From the NCBI GenBank assembly GCA_963832165.1, contig CAWHTE010000001.1:256001-320000 (forward strand): a stretch of 64,000 nucleotides of DNA, given 5' to 3'. The notes beneath the pieces are model-generated. The model saw only the letters and a list, made by a program, of their open reading frames with translations, did no database searches and was not told the DNA's origin. The stretch comes from an uncultured delta proteobacterium. GTDB taxonomy: Bacteria; Myxococcota_A; UBA9160; SMWR01. The position numbers and the translations under genes were made by a program. Positions 35,640 to 45,429 of this stretch are shown in pieces (within the stretch, counting starts at the first letter, position 1; the number at the start of each line of letters is the position of its first letter).

Positions 35640-36606
35640 TCTGCGCTCGCGTCGCCGCGCTGGGGCGCCGCCGGAACCCCGGAGCGGGGCCGCCCAGCCG
35701 CTCGAGCAGCGCGGTCGCATCACCCGCGATCCGCGCGCGATCCTCGCCGTCCGCGAGCTCGACCACGCTCGCCACTGCGTCGCGCGAGAGACCCAGGAGC
35801 TCCGGCTCCGGCGTTCCCGTGCTGGCCCACGCAGCGAGATGGCGGATGCTCTTCGCGTATTCGCGCTCGACGTACGCGTGCATGCCCTCGGCGTAGCTCA
35901 AGAGCCGCGAGGTCGCGGGTTCGGCTTCCGTCTGATCGAGCGCGCGCGAAAAGCAGTCGCGCGCCGCTTCGAACGCTCCGCTCGAGAGATAGGAACGCCC
36001 GGCGCTCTCGAACCCGGCCGCCACCGAGCCGTACATCTCCTCGAGCAGCACATCGAGCGGTACGCCGAACACCGCTTCCACTTCTTCGGGCTTCTCGATC
36101 ACGAAGCGCACGGCTCCATCGTCGCGCAGATCCGCGATCATGAGGCGCAGCTGATCCGCGGTGCGCTGCGCGAGCGTTTCGAGCTCGCGCACGCCTTCGT
36201 CGAGTCGGTCGTCGACCGCACCGAGCATCTTCTCGAACTCGTCGAAGAGCGCCTTCGACTCCTCGCCGGCGTCCGATTGGAGCGCGCGCACGCGCGGGCC
36301 GTAGACCTCGCGCTGGTAGAGGTTCTCGCGCAGCTTCATCGCCTCATGGAACAGCGAGCCCACGGCCAGGTCGAACAGCGCCTCGCGATGCGTCGAGCCG
36401 CGAACCACGCCACCGGGGCCGCGGTACAGGGCGTGGGTGCGCTCTTTGAGCCGGAACAGCACGCTGCTCTCGTCGTCGCGGATCAGCGCGGCGAGCTCGG
36501 GGAAGCGCAGGCCCTGCGCGCGGTGGCGCCGGGCGAGCCCCCGGACCAGCCGGTCGACCTCGACGAAATCGCGCAGGATCTCGAGGATCCGCGTGGGGCC
36601 CCGCAT
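35629..36606 (-). CDS. Hypothetical helical protein with TPR-like C-terminal part
   Basis: 325-aa ORF with normal composition; LFDLAVGSLFHEAMKLRENLYQ; AGRSYLSSGAFEAARDCFSRAL resembles a TPR. Confidence 0.7.
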   Translation of the reverse strand: MRGPTRILEILRDFVEVDRLVRGLARRHRAQGLRFPELAALIRDDESSVLFRLKERTHALYRGPGGVVRGSTHREALFDLAVGSLFHEAMKLRENLYQREVYGPRVRALQSDAGEESKALFDEFEKMLGAVDDRLDEGVRELETLAQRTADQLRLMIADLRDDGAVRFVIEKPEEVEAVFGVPLDVLLEEMYGSVAAGFESAGRSYLSSGAFEAARDCFSRALDQTEAEPATSRLLSYAEGMHAYVEREYAKSIRHLAAWASTGTPEPELLGLSRDAVASVVELADGEDRARIAGDATALLERLGGPAPGFRRRPSAATRAQIKR

Positions 36607-36703
36607 GGATCGAGTATATGGGAACGCAATGGCCCGCGCGGACGGCTTTCCCTAAGGTAATCGCTTCACCGCGAGGGAGCTGCGCGCAAACCGTGAGGAC
36701 CCC

Positions 36704-38395
36704 ATGACTCAGATCGAACGCGAGAGCATGGAGGTCGACGTCCTCTACGTCGGGGCGGGCCCGGCGACGCTGGCGTCGGCGATTCACCTGATGAACCAGG
36801 TCGAGGCCTGGAACCGGGCCGCCGAGCAGGACGGCCGGCCCCCGATCGAGCCGCCCAACGTGCTCGTGCTCGAGAAGAGCGCGACCATCGGCGACCACCT
36901 GCTCTCGGGCGCGTGCATGAATCCCCGCGCGATCCGCGAGCTGATCCCGGACTTCGAGCAGCAGGGCTTTCCGACCGAGTACGTGTGCAACTACGCCGGC
37001 TTCTGGCTGTTCCATCCGAAGGGCAAGCTCTCGATTCCCGTGGTGCCGCCCAACTTCCGCAAGAAGGGCTACCACGTCGTCTCGCTGAACAAGGTCGCCA
37101 AGTGGATGGCCGAGCGCGCCGAGGCCGCTGGCGTCCAGATCTTTCCCGGATTCGCGGGCGATCAGCTGCTGATCGAGGGCAGCCGGGTGATCGGCGTGCG
37201 CACGGGCGACATGGGCGTCGACAAGGACGGCAAGCCCAAGGGCACCTTCCAGCCCGGCATGGACATCCTCGCCAAGGTGACCGTGCTAGGCGAGGGCGTG
37301 CGCGGCAGCCTCGCGCGGCAGCTGATCGAGCGCTTCGATCTGCAGGGGGTGAACCCGCAGACGTTCGAGACCGGCGTCAAGGAGATCTGGCGCATCAATC
37401 CCGAGAAGCACCAGCCCGGCCGCGTCGTGCACGGGATGAGCTTCCCGAAGATCCTCGACGGCTTCCACGGCATGTGGCTCTACGACATGGCTGACAACCT
37501 CGTGTCGTACGGCTTCGTCACGATGCTCGACTCGTCGAACCCGAACACCGACCCGCACCTCGAGGCGCAGCGCTTCAAGACCAATCCCTGGATGAAGTGG
37601 CTGCTCGAGGACGCGGAGCTCGTGCGCTACGGGGCGAAGACGATTCCCACCGGCGGCCTCTATTCGCAGCCCAAGCTCTATCACGACGGCGTCGCGTTGA
37701 TCGGCGACGCCGCGAGCATGTGCAACGCGCAGAACCTGGCCGGCGTCCATATGGCGATCAAGACGGGAATGCTCGCCGCGGAGTCGATCATCGATGCGCT
37801 CGCGGCGCAGGACTTCACGGCCAAGACGCTGGGCGGATACACCGAGCGCTACCGCAAGAGCTGGGCCTACGACGAGCACTATCAGGCGCGCAACTTCTGC
37901 GCGTCCACGGAGCGCGGCGTGGGCTTCTTCATGCTGAACGAGCCCGTGCGCATGATCACGGGCGGCCGCGGCATCCAGGACGAGATGAAGACCGAGGCCG
38001 GGCATCTGCACATGAAGCAGCTCGCCGACCTCCCGAAGCACAAGCGCGCGCGCGAGGCGTTCGAGTTCGACGGGAAGATCACGTTCACCAAGGAGCACCT
38101 GGTGGGCTTCAGCGGCACGGCCCACGAGGTGGACCAGCCGTCGCACCTGGTGGTGGCCGACACCGATCTCTGCCGCGATGTCTGCTCGGTGGAGTACGGC
38201 AATCCGTGCGAAGCGTTCTGTCCCGCGGCCGTCTACGAGATGGTCGACGATCCGGAGCGGCCCGGAAAGCGGAAGCTCTTCATCCACCACGAGAACTGCG
38301 TGCACTGCAAGACCTGCGACATCGCAGATCCGTATCAGGTGATCACGTGGACGCCGCCCGAGGGCGGCGAGGGGCCCGACTACACCCAGATGTAG
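36704..38395 (+). CDS. Electron transfer flavoprotein-ubiquinone oxidoreductase
   Basis: VGAGPA, LSGACM, EGVRGSL, GDAA, and C-terminal FCPAAVYE...CVHCKTCDI 4Fe-4S motif. Confidence 0.95.
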   Translation: MTQIERESMEVDVLYVGAGPATLASAIHLMNQVEAWNRAAEQDGRPPIEPPNVLVLEKSATIGDHLLSGACMNPRAIRELIPDFEQQGFPTEYVCNYAGFWLFHPKGKLSIPVVPPNFRKKGYHVVSLNKVAKWMAERAEAAGVQIFPGFAGDQLLIEGSRVIGVRTGDMGVDKDGKPKGTFQPGMDILAKVTVLGEGVRGSLARQLIERFDLQGVNPQTFETGVKEIWRINPEKHQPGRVVHGMSFPKILDGFHGMWLYDMADNLVSYGFVTMLDSSNPNTDPHLEAQRFKTNPWMKWLLEDAELVRYGAKTIPTGGLYSQPKLYHDGVALIGDAASMCNAQNLAGVHMAIKTGMLAAESIIDALAAQDFTAKTLGGYTERYRKSWAYDEHYQARNFCASTERGVGFFMLNEPVRMITGGRGIQDEMKTEAGHLHMKQLADLPKHKRAREAFEFDGKITFTKEHLVGFSGTAHEVDQPSHLVVADTDLCRDVCSVEYGNPCEAFCPAAVYEMVDDPERPGKRKLFIHHENCVHCKTCDIADPYQVITWTPPEGGEGPDYTQM

Positions 38396-38402
38396 AGGCG
38401 GA

Positions 38403-39392
38403 CTACGGGAGCCCCAGGCCGAGGCCGGGAGCCCAGAGGTACAGGAAGGACGGCCCCTGGACGGGTAGCTCGCCCGGCCACAGGTCGAGCACGGCGTCCC
38501 GCCTTTGTCGCGCGCGCGAGTAGTAGTTGTTCGTGTACTCGCGCGGGCGGTGATAGGTGATGACGCTTGCGCTGGAGAGCCCCGCGAGCTCGCGCGCCCT
38601 GCGCACGGAGTCGTCGAGCGAGCCGATCTCGTCGACGAGGCCCAGCTGCTTCGCCTGGGTCGCGCTGTAGATCCTGCCATCGGCGAGCGCGCGGACCTGC
38701 TCGGGCTTGAGCCTCTTGCGGCCCGCCTGCACGACCTCGACGAATCGCGCGTAGAGGTCGTCGATCACCGATTGCAGCTGCGCGCGCTCCTCGGGGCGCA
38801 TGCGCCGCAACACCGATCCCGCGTCCTTGAACTTCCCGCTCGTGATCGTCTGGTTCTCGATTCCGAGCTTCTCCATCAAGCCGTTGAGGTTCACGCCCGA
38901 GAAGATCACGCCGATCGAGCCCGTCACGCTGGTCCGCTCGGCGCGGATCTCGTCGGCGGCGAGCGCCACGTAGTAGCCGCCCGATGCGGCGGTTCCCATC
39001 AGCTGGGCGACGACGGGAACCTTGCGCTCGTGCTTGAAGCGCTGGATCTCGTCATAGAGCAGATCGCTGCCCGTCACGGTGCCGCCCGGGCTGTTGATGC
39101 GCAGCACGAGTGCTTTGACCTGATCGTCGGAGCGGGCCATGTCGAGCTCTTCGCGAACGCGCCCGACCATTCCCTCGTTGACGGTTCCGAAGAACTCCGC
39201 CACGTCCGAGGTCTCGGTGATCACGCCGTCGACCTCGAGCATCAGGACCTTCGCGTCTCCCTCGCCGTCGAGGACCGACTCGGAGAGCGGCTCGACCTCG
39301 CCGCTCGGGATGTTGATCGTGATGCAGCCGAGCGCGAGCGCGGTCGGCAGCAACGCGAGCGCAAAGAGTGCAGTGCGGCGTGCGGGCGTCAT
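38403..39392 (-). CDS. sppA: Signal peptide peptidase SppA (S49), lipoprotein
   Basis: Lipobox-like LALGC, RINSPGG, AASGGYY, GSIGV, SGKFKD, DGRIY. Confidence 0.92.
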   Translation of the reverse strand: MTPARRTALFALALLPTALALGCITINIPSGEVEPLSESVLDGEGDAKVLMLEVDGVITETSDVAEFFGTVNEGMVGRVREELDMARSDDQVKALVLRINSPGGTVTGSDLLYDEIQRFKHERKVPVVAQLMGTAASGGYYVALAADEIRAERTSVTGSIGVIFSGVNLNGLMEKLGIENQTITSGKFKDAGSVLRRMRPEERAQLQSVIDDLYARFVEVVQAGRKRLKPEQVRALADGRIYSATQAKQLGLVDEIGSLDDSVRRARELAGLSSASVITYHRPREYTNNYYSRARQRRDAVLDLWPGELPVQGPSFLYLWAPGLGLGLP

Positions 39393-39556
39393 GAATGGGA
39401 GGCCTCCGGCGGGGGTGTACCTCATCGACGCTGTGCGCGCCGTCGAGAAACGGAGCGCGGGGACGAGTGCCACAGCACTTCCGCCCCCGCGCCTCTTGCG
39501 TCTCTCACCCCCCGTTCGAGACGCACGAGATTGCGCAGCTGCGCCGTTGCCGGCAC

Positions 39557-42307
39557 TCAGCTGCAGCCGCTCGTACCTCCGCAATTCGGGCACTTGTAGC
39601 AAGCGCCGTTGCGAATCATGATCGATCCACAGTCGCTGCAGCTCGGTGCATCGGCCTGGTTCACGAATCCGTAGGGAAGCGGGTCGACGCCGGATCCTCC
39701 CGCGACCGCGGCGACGCGCGGCTCGAGCCCGGACTCTTCGGGCGACGCCTCCTGCTCGTCGGCGATCTCGGGCTCGTGCAGGAACCGGTTGCCGAGGTAG
39801 CGGAACACGTAGTCCATCACGGACTTGGCGATCGGGATCTCGCGGTTGTTCGTGAAGCCGGCAGGCTCGAAGCGCGTGTGGCTGAACTTGTCCACGAGCG
39901 CCTTGAGCGGGACTCCGTACTGGAGCGCGATCGAGGTCATCGTGGCGATCGTGTCCATGAGGCCCGACACGGTGCTGCCTTCCTTGGCCATGCGCAGGAA
40001 GATCTCGCCGGGCTGCCCATCGTCGTAGAGCCCCACGATCAGGTAGCCCTCGTGTCCCGCGATCGAGAACTTGTGCGTGCGCGCCGCGCGCTCGTCGGGA
40101 AGCTTGTGGCGGATCGGCCGCGCCTCCTCGTCGGTGCGCGTCTTCACCTCCTCCTTGCCCGCGTTGAGCGGCTGCGTGCGCTTGCTGCCGTCGCGGTACA
40201 CCGCGAGCGCCTTGAGCCCGAGGCGCCAGCCCTCGGTGTAGGCGAGCACGATGTCCTCGACCGAGGCGTCCTCGGGCAGGTTCACGGTCTTGCTGATCGC
40301 GCCGGAGAGGAAGGGCTGCACCGCGCCCATCATGCGCACGTGCCCCATCCAGTGGATGCTGCGCGTTCCGCGCTGCGCTCGGAACGCGCAGTCGAACACG
40401 GGCAGGTGCTCAGCGGCGAGACCCGGAGCCTCTTCGATCGTCTCGTGCTCGTCGATGTACTCGACGATCCGCATGATCTGCGGCTCGGAATAGCCGAGCT
40501 TGCGCAGCGCCATCGGAACGGTTCCGTTCACGATCTTGAGGAACCCGCCGCCGACGAGCTTCTTGTACTTCACGAGCGCGATGTCGGGCTCGACCCCGGT
40601 GGTGTCGCAATCCATCATGAACGCGATCGTGCCGGTCGGAGCGAGCACGGTGACCTGTGCGTTCTTGTAGCCGTGCAGGCGACCCGTCTCGAGCGCTTCG
40701 GTCCAGCTCGCGTGCGCGGCGCTCCGCAGATCCTCGGGCACGCCCGGTGTCGGGATCGCGAGCGCGGCGTTGCGGTGCATGCCGATCACGTCGAGGAACG
40801 GCTTGCGGTTCATGCGGTAGCGCGCGAACGGGCCCATCGCCTCGGCAATCGCGGCGCTCGTGGCGTAGGCCTGTCCGCACATCACCGCGGTGATCGCGGC
40901 CGAGAGATTGCGCCCCTCGTCGCTGTCGTAGGGCAGGCCGAACGACATCAGGAGCGCGCCCAGGTTCGCGTAGCCGAGCCCGAGCGGCCGATACAGATGG
41001 CTGTTGCGCGCAATCTCGGGCGTCGGGTAGGCCGCGTGATCGACGAGGATCTCCTGGGCAAGGATCGTGAGCGCGGCCGCGCGGCGGAACTCCTCGACGG
41101 CGAAGCGCCCCTCGACGTCGACGAACTTCATGAGATTGAGGCTGGCCAGGTTGCAGGCCGTGTCGTCGAGGAACATGTACTCGGAGCACGGGTTGCTCGA
41201 ATTGATGCGCCCCGACGCCTTGACCGGATTCCAGCGATTGATCGTCGTGTCGTATTGAATGCCCGGATCACCGCACACGTGGGCGGCATCGGCCATCTCG
41301 CGGAGCATTTCGCGGGCCTCGAGCGTGTCGAGCGTCTCGCCCGTGGTCACGGCGCGCGTCTGCCACTTCGCGCCGTTGTGCGCCGCCTGCATGAAGCCGT
41401 CGGTGACGCGCACGGAGTGATTCGCGTTCTGGAAGTACACCGAGTCGTAGGCGCCGCCCGCGACGTTGAAGCCGCCGTCGTACCCGGAGTCGATCAGCGA
41501 CCAGGCCTTCTTCTCCTCGCTCGCCTTGCTGTGGATGAACTCCATGATGTCGGGGTGGTCGACGTTCAGGATCACCATCTTGGCAGCACGGCGCGTCTTC
41601 CCACCCGACTTCACGACGCCCGCGAACGCGTCGAATCCGCGCATGAACGAGACCGGACCCGACGCCGTGCCGCCGCCCGCGAGCCGCTCGCGCGACGAGC
41701 GGATCCGCGACAGGTTCGAGCCGGTTCCAGAGCCGCCCTTGAACAGCATCGCCTCGGTCTTCGCGAGATCCATGATCGACTCCATGGTGTCGTCCACGGA
41801 GTTGATGAAGCAGGCGCTCGCCTGCTGGGGCGTGTCCTTGACGCCGAGGTTGAACCAGACCGGGCTGTTGAACGCCATGCGCTGCGTGACGAGCACGTGG
41901 GTCAGCTCGTCCGAGAACGCCTGCGAGTCTTCGGGCGTCGCGAAATAACCCGACGCATCGCCCCACTCGCGGATCTTTCCCACGACGCGCCCGATCAGCT
42001 GCTTCACGCTGTGTTCGCGGTCGGCGGCATCGAGGTGGCCGCGGAAGTACTTCGACACCACGACGTTGGTGGCGAGCTGCGACCAGCTCTTGGGGATCTC
42101 GACGCCCTTCTGCTCGAAGACGACCTCGCCGCCCTCTCCGCTGATCTTGGCGCTGCGCAGCTCCCACGCGACCGCGTCGAACGGGTCCTCTCCGGCCTTG
42201 GTGAAGGTCCGCTCGATCGAGAGCCCTTTGGCCTTGCCGCCCTGGCGAGCCTTGCCGCCAATCGCCTTCAGATGACCCCGATCGCCCGACGTATGCGTGG
42301 TGGACAT
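39557..42307 (-). CDS. nrdJ: Vitamin B12-dependent (class II) ribonucleotide reductase
   Basis: FNSPVWFN, SACFI, NPCSEY, APTGTI, GAISKTVN, YRDGSK, C-terminal CSDC...CPNC zinc ribbon. Confidence 0.97.
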   Translation of the reverse strand: MSTTHTSGDRGHLKAIGGKARQGGKAKGLSIERTFTKAGEDPFDAVAWELRSAKISGEGGEVVFEQKGVEIPKSWSQLATNVVVSKYFRGHLDAADREHSVKQLIGRVVGKIREWGDASGYFATPEDSQAFSDELTHVLVTQRMAFNSPVWFNLGVKDTPQQASACFINSVDDTMESIMDLAKTEAMLFKGGSGTGSNLSRIRSSRERLAGGGTASGPVSFMRGFDAFAGVVKSGGKTRRAAKMVILNVDHPDIMEFIHSKASEEKKAWSLIDSGYDGGFNVAGGAYDSVYFQNANHSVRVTDGFMQAAHNGAKWQTRAVTTGETLDTLEAREMLREMADAAHVCGDPGIQYDTTINRWNPVKASGRINSSNPCSEYMFLDDTACNLASLNLMKFVDVEGRFAVEEFRRAAALTILAQEILVDHAAYPTPEIARNSHLYRPLGLGYANLGALLMSFGLPYDSDEGRNLSAAITAVMCGQAYATSAAIAEAMGPFARYRMNRKPFLDVIGMHRNAALAIPTPGVPEDLRSAAHASWTEALETGRLHGYKNAQVTVLAPTGTIAFMMDCDTTGVEPDIALVKYKKLVGGGFLKIVNGTVPMALRKLGYSEPQIMRIVEYIDEHETIEEAPGLAAEHLPVFDCAFRAQRGTRSIHWMGHVRMMGAVQPFLSGAISKTVNLPEDASVEDIVLAYTEGWRLGLKALAVYRDGSKRTQPLNAGKEEVKTRTDEEARPIRHKLPDERAARTHKFSIAGHEGYLIVGLYDDGQPGEIFLRMAKEGSTVSGLMDTIATMTSIALQYGVPLKALVDKFSHTRFEPAGFTNNREIPIAKSVMDYVFRYLGNRFLHEPEIADEQEASPEESGLEPRVAAVAGGSGVDPLPYGFVNQADAPSCSDCGSIMIRNGACYKCPNCGGTSGCS

Positions 42308-42846
42308 GAGAGAGACTCCCCTTTCTCTACTCTGTGTTGATTGCGCTGGGCCGCTCGGATTCGACGGGCCATTCTCGAGGAATCGCGAAAGAAATCCCTC
42401 TCGTAGCCGGAGACGCGGACTCCCGCGATCTCAGGCTGCTGGCTCCCCTTGATCCGGCGCACCCTGCGCGCCCCGATTCAGACGGTCCAGCAGATCTGAG
42501 ACGACGAGACGCCGGTCGGCGGCCTGCCCAACCCCTACGATGCGCGCGAGAAGCTCTTACGGGCGGGGACTCGGCTTCGAAAGCCGGACTCCGCTCGGGA
42601 CCCTCTTGCGTGCATACGAGCCGCCAGTGAATCGATCTGACCTGCGCTCGATCTGCGCTCGTGCCTGCGGCACCGCTGAGATCGGGGGCGAGATTCCCGG
42701 AGATGAGAGAGGCCCCAGAACACCTGAGGCCCCCGAACGAGTACCAGGTCCTCCATCCCGAAAACCCGCTCGCTTCCCTCTGCCGACCGCCTGTTTATCG
42801 AACCCCCCCAGGCCGCCAGAGGGACATGTCTCATCCCCGTTTTGGC

Positions 42847-42875
42847 TGTTTACTCCTGGGGTCAGAGCGAGTCAA
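42847..42875 (-). promoter_or_regulatory. Candidate sigma70 promoter for nrdJ
   Basis: Minus strand TTGACT-N17-TAAACA, next to the NrdR boxes. The implied start (~42840) coincides with the 5' end of a folded leader. Confidence 0.5.
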
Positions 42876-42883
42876 GCGCGAAG

Positions 42884-42931
42884 CCACAAAATCTGGTGGC
42901 TCACTGGGCGCTCGGGCACAACTGGTTGCGC
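42884..42931. promoter_or_regulatory. Tandem NrdR boxes
   Basis: CCACAAAATCTGGTGG (42884-42899) and GCACAACTGGTTGCGC (42916-42931), 32 bp apart start to start. They resemble the 16-bp NrdR palindrome and lie upstream of a ribonucleotide reductase. Confidence 0.65.
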
Positions 42932-43052
42932 GTCAATGACTTTTCGGATTCCGCGCCGATCGCGGGACCGCGGTGCGAGCCGCGATCCGACGGCATCCGG
43001 ATTTGCAACCCCGCGAATTCAAAGGGCTGACGCCTTCCGGACCGGATTCGGG

Positions 43053-43727
43053 CTAGGGGAGGCCCGTGAAGCGCACGCCGATCCCCTCCGAAACCCGGTA
43101 CCGGATGTTGAATCCGATCAGCAGCGCGGTGATCGACTCGACGATTCGCGCGTTCGCGAGCGGCCCGCCATCCACGCCGCGCAGACCCGGAACGAGAGCG
43201 CATAGCTCCATCACGCGCGCGCGCGGCTCCTTCTCGCCCGAGACGACCACGTCGCACTCCACGGGGTCGGCGAGGTGCTGCAACCGATGCGCCGAAACGT
43301 TCTGGAACGCGGATACGACGTGGATACCGTCGGGTACGAGCGAGGCCACGAGCTCCGCGCACGAACCCTGCCACACACCGATCATGCGCGAGGCGGCATC
43401 TCCGACGGCCGAGGCGAGCGGAACTCCCATCGAGACCACGATCTGACCCGGCACGAGCCGTTCGCGAATCGATTTGATCGTGCCCGCCGTGTGCTCGAAC
43501 GGAACCGAGAGGATCACGATTCCGGCGCGCGCAGTGGCGTCGCCATTTTCGAGCCCCTCGACGGGCGCGCCGGGCACCTGCTCGCGCACGTTCGCGGCCG
43601 CGGTGACGGCGCGGTCGAGCGTGCGGGACCCGATCACCACATCGCGTCCGGCCGCGCAGAAGCGCAGCGCGAGCCCGAGCCCCTGGTCTCCGGTGCCGCC
43701 GAGAATCGCGATCGGTCCGTCGGGCAT
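43053..43727 (-). CDS. npdG: NADPH-dependent F420 reductase
   Basis: ILGGTGDQGLGLA, IGSR, VSAFQNVSA, DGGPLANARIVESITALLI. Confidence 0.9.
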   Translation of the reverse strand: MPDGPIAILGGTGDQGLGLALRFCAAGRDVVIGSRTLDRAVTAAANVREQVPGAPVEGLENGDATARAGIVILSVPFEHTAGTIKSIRERLVPGQIVVSMGVPLASAVGDAASRMIGVWQGSCAELVASLVPDGIHVVSAFQNVSAHRLQHLADPVECDVVVSGEKEPRARVMELCALVPGLRGVDGGPLANARIVESITALLIGFNIRYRVSEGIGVRFTGLP

Positions 43728-43782
43728 GGCGGATCTCTGCGCCTCCGATCTCGATCTCACGCACCGCGTCTACCATAGGCGG

Positions 43783-44094
43783 ATGGTCGAGACGGGCGCA
43801 GCGTACACGCCGACCGAGATCGCGCAACGCGGATCCCGCGCGCTCGCGATCCGCTGGTCCGACGGAGTCGAGTCGGTGCTCGACGTGCGCGAGCTGCGCC
43901 TGGCGTGCGGCTGTGCGGAGTGCATCGACGAGTGGAGTGGAGCGGGGCGCCTCGATCCCGCGTCGGTGCCCGACGACGTCCACCCCGTGCGGATCCAGAC
44001 CGTGGGCCGCTATGCGATCCAGATCGAGTGGAGCGACGGACACGGCTCGGGGATCTACCCGTTTCGCCGCCTGCGCGAACTGGGCGGGGGCTGA
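43783..44094 (+). CDS. DUF971 / gamma-butyrobetaine hydroxylase N-terminal-like metal-binding protein
   Basis: LRLACGCAEC, VGRYAI, WSDGHGSGIY. Confidence 0.88.
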   Translation: MVETGAAYTPTEIAQRGSRALAIRWSDGVESVLDVRELRLACGCAECIDEWSGAGRLDPASVPDDVHPVRIQTVGRYAIQIEWSDGHGSGIYPFRRLRELGGG

Positions 44095-44118
44095 CTCTCG
44101 ATTGCTACGCTGCGCGGC

Positions 44119-44874
44119 GTGCCTCTGCCGCTCGAAGACGCGCTGCGCGCCGCGCAGGCCGCCGCCGACCGCGGGCGCCGCGAGGTGATGAGCCGCTTTC
44201 GCCGCGTCGCGGTCGAGACCAAGCGCGACGGGTCGCCCGTGACCGAGGCCGATCGCGAAGCCGAGCGCGTGATCCGCGAGACGCTGCGCGACGCATTCCC
44301 GGATTACCGGATCCTCGGCGAGGAGTACGGCGCCGAAGGCGGAGCCGAAGGTCCGTGCTGGGTGATCGATCCGATCGACGGGACGATCGCGTTCTCGCGC
44401 GGGATCCCGCTGTTCTCGACGCTGATCGCGCTGCTCGACGACGGCGAGCCGGTGCTCGGACTGATCGACCTCCCGGCGCTCGACGAGCGCTACACCGCGA
44501 TTCGCGGGGGCGGCTGTCATCGCAACGGCCGACCCACGCGCGTCTCCGACGAGAGCGATCTATCGCGCGCGATCGTCTCGCACGGCGACCCGTTCTGCTT
44601 CGCGCTGTATCGGCGCCCCGACGTGTTCGAGCGCATGGCGCGCGAGATCCCGCTGCTGCGCGGATACACCGACGCATTCGGTCACGCGCTCGTGCTCGGC
44701 GGCGGCGTCGGGGCGATGGTCGATCTCAACCTCAACGTCTGGGACGCCGCCGCGACCCAGCTGCTCGTGCCGGAAGCCGGTGGCCGCTGCGAGACGCTGC
44801 CCGAGGTGGACGGCAAGCTCGGGCTCGTGTTCGGGAGCCCGGCACTCGTCGAGCAGCTGCTTCGCTTCTTCTAG
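44119..44874 (+). CDS. Inositol monophosphatase family, HisN-like histidinol-phosphatase
   Basis: SPVTEADREAE, GEE, WVIDPIDGT, WDAAA. Confidence 0.88.
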   Translation: MPLPLEDALRAAQAAADRGRREVMSRFRRVAVETKRDGSPVTEADREAERVIRETLRDAFPDYRILGEEYGAEGGAEGPCWVIDPIDGTIAFSRGIPLFSTLIALLDDGEPVLGLIDLPALDERYTAIRGGGCHRNGRPTRVSDESDLSRAIVSHGDPFCFALYRRPDVFERMAREIPLLRGYTDAFGHALVLGGGVGAMVDLNLNVWDAAATQLLVPEAGGRCETLPEVDGKLGLVFGSPALVEQLLRFF

Positions 44875-45314
44875 TTCTCGGGCTGTGCGGGCAGCACCAC
44901 GAGCGTGGCCGTGCGATGCGCGGAGTGCAGGTGGCAGGTGATCTGGAGCACCTGCTTGGGCTCGAGCGCCGGAAGCTCGATCTCGTGCTCCTGCTGCGCG
45001 GGCAGCACCTCCGAGACGTTGAGTGCGGGGATGGCGAAGCCGTGCGGCACGTCGGTGGTGTTGAAGATCGAGAGCTTCACGGGGTGGCCCGAGGTCACCA
45101 CGATCGTCGACGGAATGAAGACGTTCTTGCCGCCGAGCTGCGTCGTCACGACCTGGATCGTGGACTTGTCGGTCGTGAAGCCGTGGTGACGCGCGCGGTG
45201 TCCCCCGCGCGGGCCATGGCAGCCCGCGACCGCCGCGAGCAGCGCGACGAGTGTGAGCGCGAACGCCGTGCGCAGCGCGTGAGATCTCGAGGTCATCCAA
45301 CGAGTCGGGCGCAT
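44871..45314 (-). CDS. Cupredoxin-domain lipoprotein, nitrosocyanin-like
   Basis: Lipobox-like VAGC, FIPSTIVV, PHGFAI, ITCHLHSAH. Confidence 0.8.
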   Translation of the reverse strand: MRPTRWMTSRSHALRTAFALTLVALLAAVAGCHGPRGGHRARHHGFTTDKSTIQVVTTQLGGKNVFIPSTIVVTSGHPVKLSIFNTTDVPHGFAIPALNVSEVLPAQQEHEIELPALEPKQVLQITCHLHSAHRTATLVVLPAQPEN

Positions 45315-45429
45315 CGGTTCTCCTCTCTCGGAGCTCGGTTCGCGGCCGGTTACGCGAGGCCTCACGCTATCCTAGCCGCCCATTTCCGGACAACTCGCCG
45401 CGTGCGGGTCCGGCGCACCGAGGTACCCG

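Noticed and set aside
42308..42840. Canonical cobalamin riboswitch or tRNA upstream of nrdJ
   Set aside because: GGGAA, GCCCCCG and CACTG fragments occur but not with canonical spacing or a clear B12 box. The four-way fold lacks tRNA T-loop/CCA features. Kept only as an unassigned structured leader.
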